A DNA stretch of 64,000 nt from IMG/VR virus record IMGVR_UViG_3300021963_007714, positions 32,001 through 96,000 of that record. One strand, 5' to 3'. The position numbers and the translations under genes were made by a program. This document shows positions 61,949 through 64,000 of the stretch, piece after piece (positions within the stretch are counted from its first letter, which is position 1; each line of letters starts with the position of its first letter). This DNA comes from a virus. The notes under the pieces were generated by a model. It did not search any database. It saw only the letters and a list, made by a program, of their open reading frames with translations, and was not told where the DNA came from.

Positions 61949-63067
61949 ATGGCTTTATTAATTTCTGGAGGTGTAAGAATTATAGGCAGTACAATAAGTG
62001 CGTTACCCGTAACACCACCACCTCTGAATATTGGAGAAAGTTTCGGTGGAGGTTATTACGCCGGGTTGTATTCAGCAAGTGGAGACGGAAATCCTACTCA
62101 CTTTTTAGTTGTATCTCCAGGGTCATCTGAAACTACTTTATCTTGGAAGTCGTCTCTTACAAATACACCGGGTACAAGTAGTTTATTCGATGGTAGTGCT
62201 AACACTGCCGCTATGACAGATGCTTCTCATCCTGCGGCAGAATACTGTGGTAATTTAACAACTGGAGGTTATAGTGATTGGTATCTACCTTCTAGATATG
62301 AGTTGGCTATAATATATTCAAACACAAGGGCATGGCCTGGCGATAATGTTACAACGTCCGGTATTAACCCTTACTCGGTATTACCCCGTACTTCTAATTA
62401 CTCTCTTTATGTACCTGGAGAAGCCACATATGCAACTGTATTTAGAAACGTAACAGCACAATTTAATGGAGGTCTTTATTGGACGAGCTCTTCATCTGCC
62501 TCACCTACTGCTTGGTTTATCAATACTACTGATGGAACTGAAAGCGTTGATTTTAAAGATCAAAATTATACTGTTAGAGCTATAAGAAAAGTACCTTACT
62601 ATACACAACAAACTGGAGTATCTTACGGACCGTATAGATACTGGAGAATGTATATAACCAAGGTAAGGGAAAGTTCAAATCTATCTGATTGTCAAATGGC
62701 TGAATTCAAGTTTCAAGTAGATGGTATAGATAGAGATCTTTACGGAGCTACCTTAACAAATCCTGGAGGTGTGGTAACCGGTCAGGAAGAGGTTTATAGA
62801 TTAATTGATAATTCAATGTTTTATAAATTTTATAATGCAGGCCATTATACTAATGGGACCACTGATATAAGGTTTGATTTTGGGACTCCTGTAAGTTTTA
62901 CCGGTTATCGATGGGCAACAGCTAATGATGTAATATCAAGAGATCCAGAATCCTGGACTATACAGGCAGGTGCTACAACAGCAAGTTATACCACTATTCA
63001 CACTGTAACAGGATATACAGCAACCACCGAACGAAACACTTGGCAAAATCCATGGACGTTCACCTAA
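61949..63067 (+). CDS. DUF1566 (Lcl-like) + discoidin-like domain protein
   Basis: AAEYC...GGYSDWYLPS..EL, YWTSS, VRAIR; then YRYWR...ATAND...RDP.SW. Confidence 0.7.
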   Translation: MALLISGGVRIIGSTISALPVTPPPLNIGESFGGGYYAGLYSASGDGNPTHFLVVSPGSSETTLSWKSSLTNTPGTSSLFDGSANTAAMTDASHPAAEYCGNLTTGGYSDWYLPSRYELAIIYSNTRAWPGDNVTTSGINPYSVLPRTSNYSLYVPGEATYATVFRNVTAQFNGGLYWTSSSSASPTAWFINTTDGTESVDFKDQNYTVRAIRKVPYYTQQTGVSYGPYRYWRMYITKVRESSNLSDCQMAEFKFQVDGIDRDLYGATLTNPGGVVTGQEEVYRLIDNSMFYKFYNAGHYTNGTTDIRFDFGTPVSFTGYRWATANDVISRDPESWTIQAGATTASYTTIHTVTGYTATTERNTWQNPWTFT

Positions 63068-63083
63068 TAGATTAAATACAAAC

Positions 63084-63160
63084 ATAGGATCCTTACAGCA
63101 AACTATTTGGCCTTCTTAATCGCTACGTGTAGCGTGTAGATCTCCCAAAACGGATCCTGT
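63084..63160 (+). ncRNA. Candidate small structured RNA
   Basis: TAAATA at 63073; closing stem ATAGGATCC/GGATCCTGT; inner hairpin CGCTA-cgtg-TAGCG; no ORF. Confidence 0.4.
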
Positions 63161-63186
63161 TATAAATTTTTAGCAATAATAACTCT

Positions 63187-64000
63187 ATGCAAATTACAGG
63201 CGGAATATTACTCGGTCAAGGCTTTAACATAAGTCCACCATTTTTTTACACAGTAGATGTGCTTATTTTAGGTGGAGGAGGAGGTGGAGGCGCCGGAAGT
63301 AATTGGCAAAACAATGCCAATGGCGGAGGTGGAGGCGCCGGCGGATACAGGTATATATCCAGTGTAACAGTACAATCTGGAACTGTGTATCCCATGATAG
63401 TAGGTCAGGGTGGTATAGGTTCGATTACCACAGGAGGGGTAGGTGACATCAATGCCACTTATACTGAAGGAACTAGCGGAACAACAAGTACAGCCTTTGG
63501 ATATGCTGCTGCAGGTGGTGGCCTTGGTGGTTCATATACTCCACTAAATGGTATTACCTCAGGTAGGAACGGAGGCTCTGGTGGAGGAGGTGGCGGAGCA
63601 GGTGGAGGTCAGCCTACAAGTGGCGGAACAGGAAATATACCCGTTACTGTACCAAGCCAAGGAAATAATGGCGGTAGTAATTTTACCAATGATGCTAGCG
63701 GAGCCAGCGGTGGAGGAGGTGGTGCTAGCGCAGCAGGTGCTTCGGGTGCGGCAAATGTAGGAGGTAATGGAGGAGCAGGCAGATATCCGGATATTTGGTA
63801 TGCTTCAACCTCTGGTGTTTTTGTCTGCGGTGGAGGAGGTGGTTCTGGATCAACCAATGGCACAGGTGGAGTAGGTGGCGGTGGCAATGCATCTAGAACA
63901 CCAGGAGCTAACTGTGCCGGCACAGATGGTCTAGGTGGAGGCGGAGGTGGAACCGGTCTAGGATCAGGCAGAGGAGGTAGTGGAGGCAGAGGTAGAATTT
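63187..64000 (+). CDS. Glycine-rich domain protein, 3'-truncated
   Basis: MQITGGILLGQG...VDVLILGGGGGGG...GGGGGAGG; open to window end. Confidence 0.8.
   Translation, partial: MQITGGILLGQGFNISPPFFYTVDVLILGGGGGGGAGSNWQNNANGGGGGAGGYRYISSVTVQSGTVYPMIVGQGGIGSITTGGVGDINATYTEGTSGTTSTAFGYAAAGGGLGGSYTPLNGITSGRNGGSGGGGGGAGGGQPTSGGTGNIPVTVPSQGNNGGSNFTNDASGASGGGGGASAAGASGAANVGGNGGAGRYPDIWYASTSGVFVCGGGGGSGSTNGTGGVGGGGNASRTPGANCAGTDGLGGGGGGTGLGSGRGGSGGRGRI

Noticed and set aside
62460-62600. DUF1566 C-terminus as a diversity-generating retroelement target
   Set aside because: No template repeat or reverse transcriptase seen in this window; cannot be excluded elsewhere in the genome
88-63923. Many short antisense or alternate-frame ORFs in the track (e.g. 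988-1254, 3013-3426, 38372-38686, 63609-63923)
   Set aside because: Shadows of longer well-supported genes; no RBS or motifs
1-64000. Alternative genetic code or stop-codon reassignment
   Set aside because: Long genes read intact in the standard code, and TAA, TGA and TAG all occur as stops

Overview
A 64-kb, AT-rich, almost entirely plus-strand segment of a large (jumbo-type) tailed phage with T4-like late promoters (TATAAATA/TAAATA). The DnaK sequence and the phasin-like and DUF3563-like genes suggest a proteobacterial host, probably Betaproteobacteria (inference). Order: collagen fibre and very large repeat-rich structural proteins including a 5392-aa protein (1-25 kb); a 1129-aa modular protein that looks like a protease-processed polyprotein (zincin, GH19 muramidase, alarmone-hydrolase-type HD domain, unknown modules); an inverted phasin/small-protein cassette with a PhaR-like operator; head/scaffold-like genes; an exonuclease; class Ia nrdAB and glutaredoxin; ribosomal protein bS21; nucleases; a ParB-like/HNH pair; dnaK-hsp20-clpS; heme oxygenase with a bilin reductase; a curli-like operon (csgF, csgG, two curlin-repeat proteins, FecR); lectin-like and glycine-rich proteins. 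No tRNA, rRNA, CRISPR array or IS was seen. All family calls come from motifs read by eye; no database searches were run.
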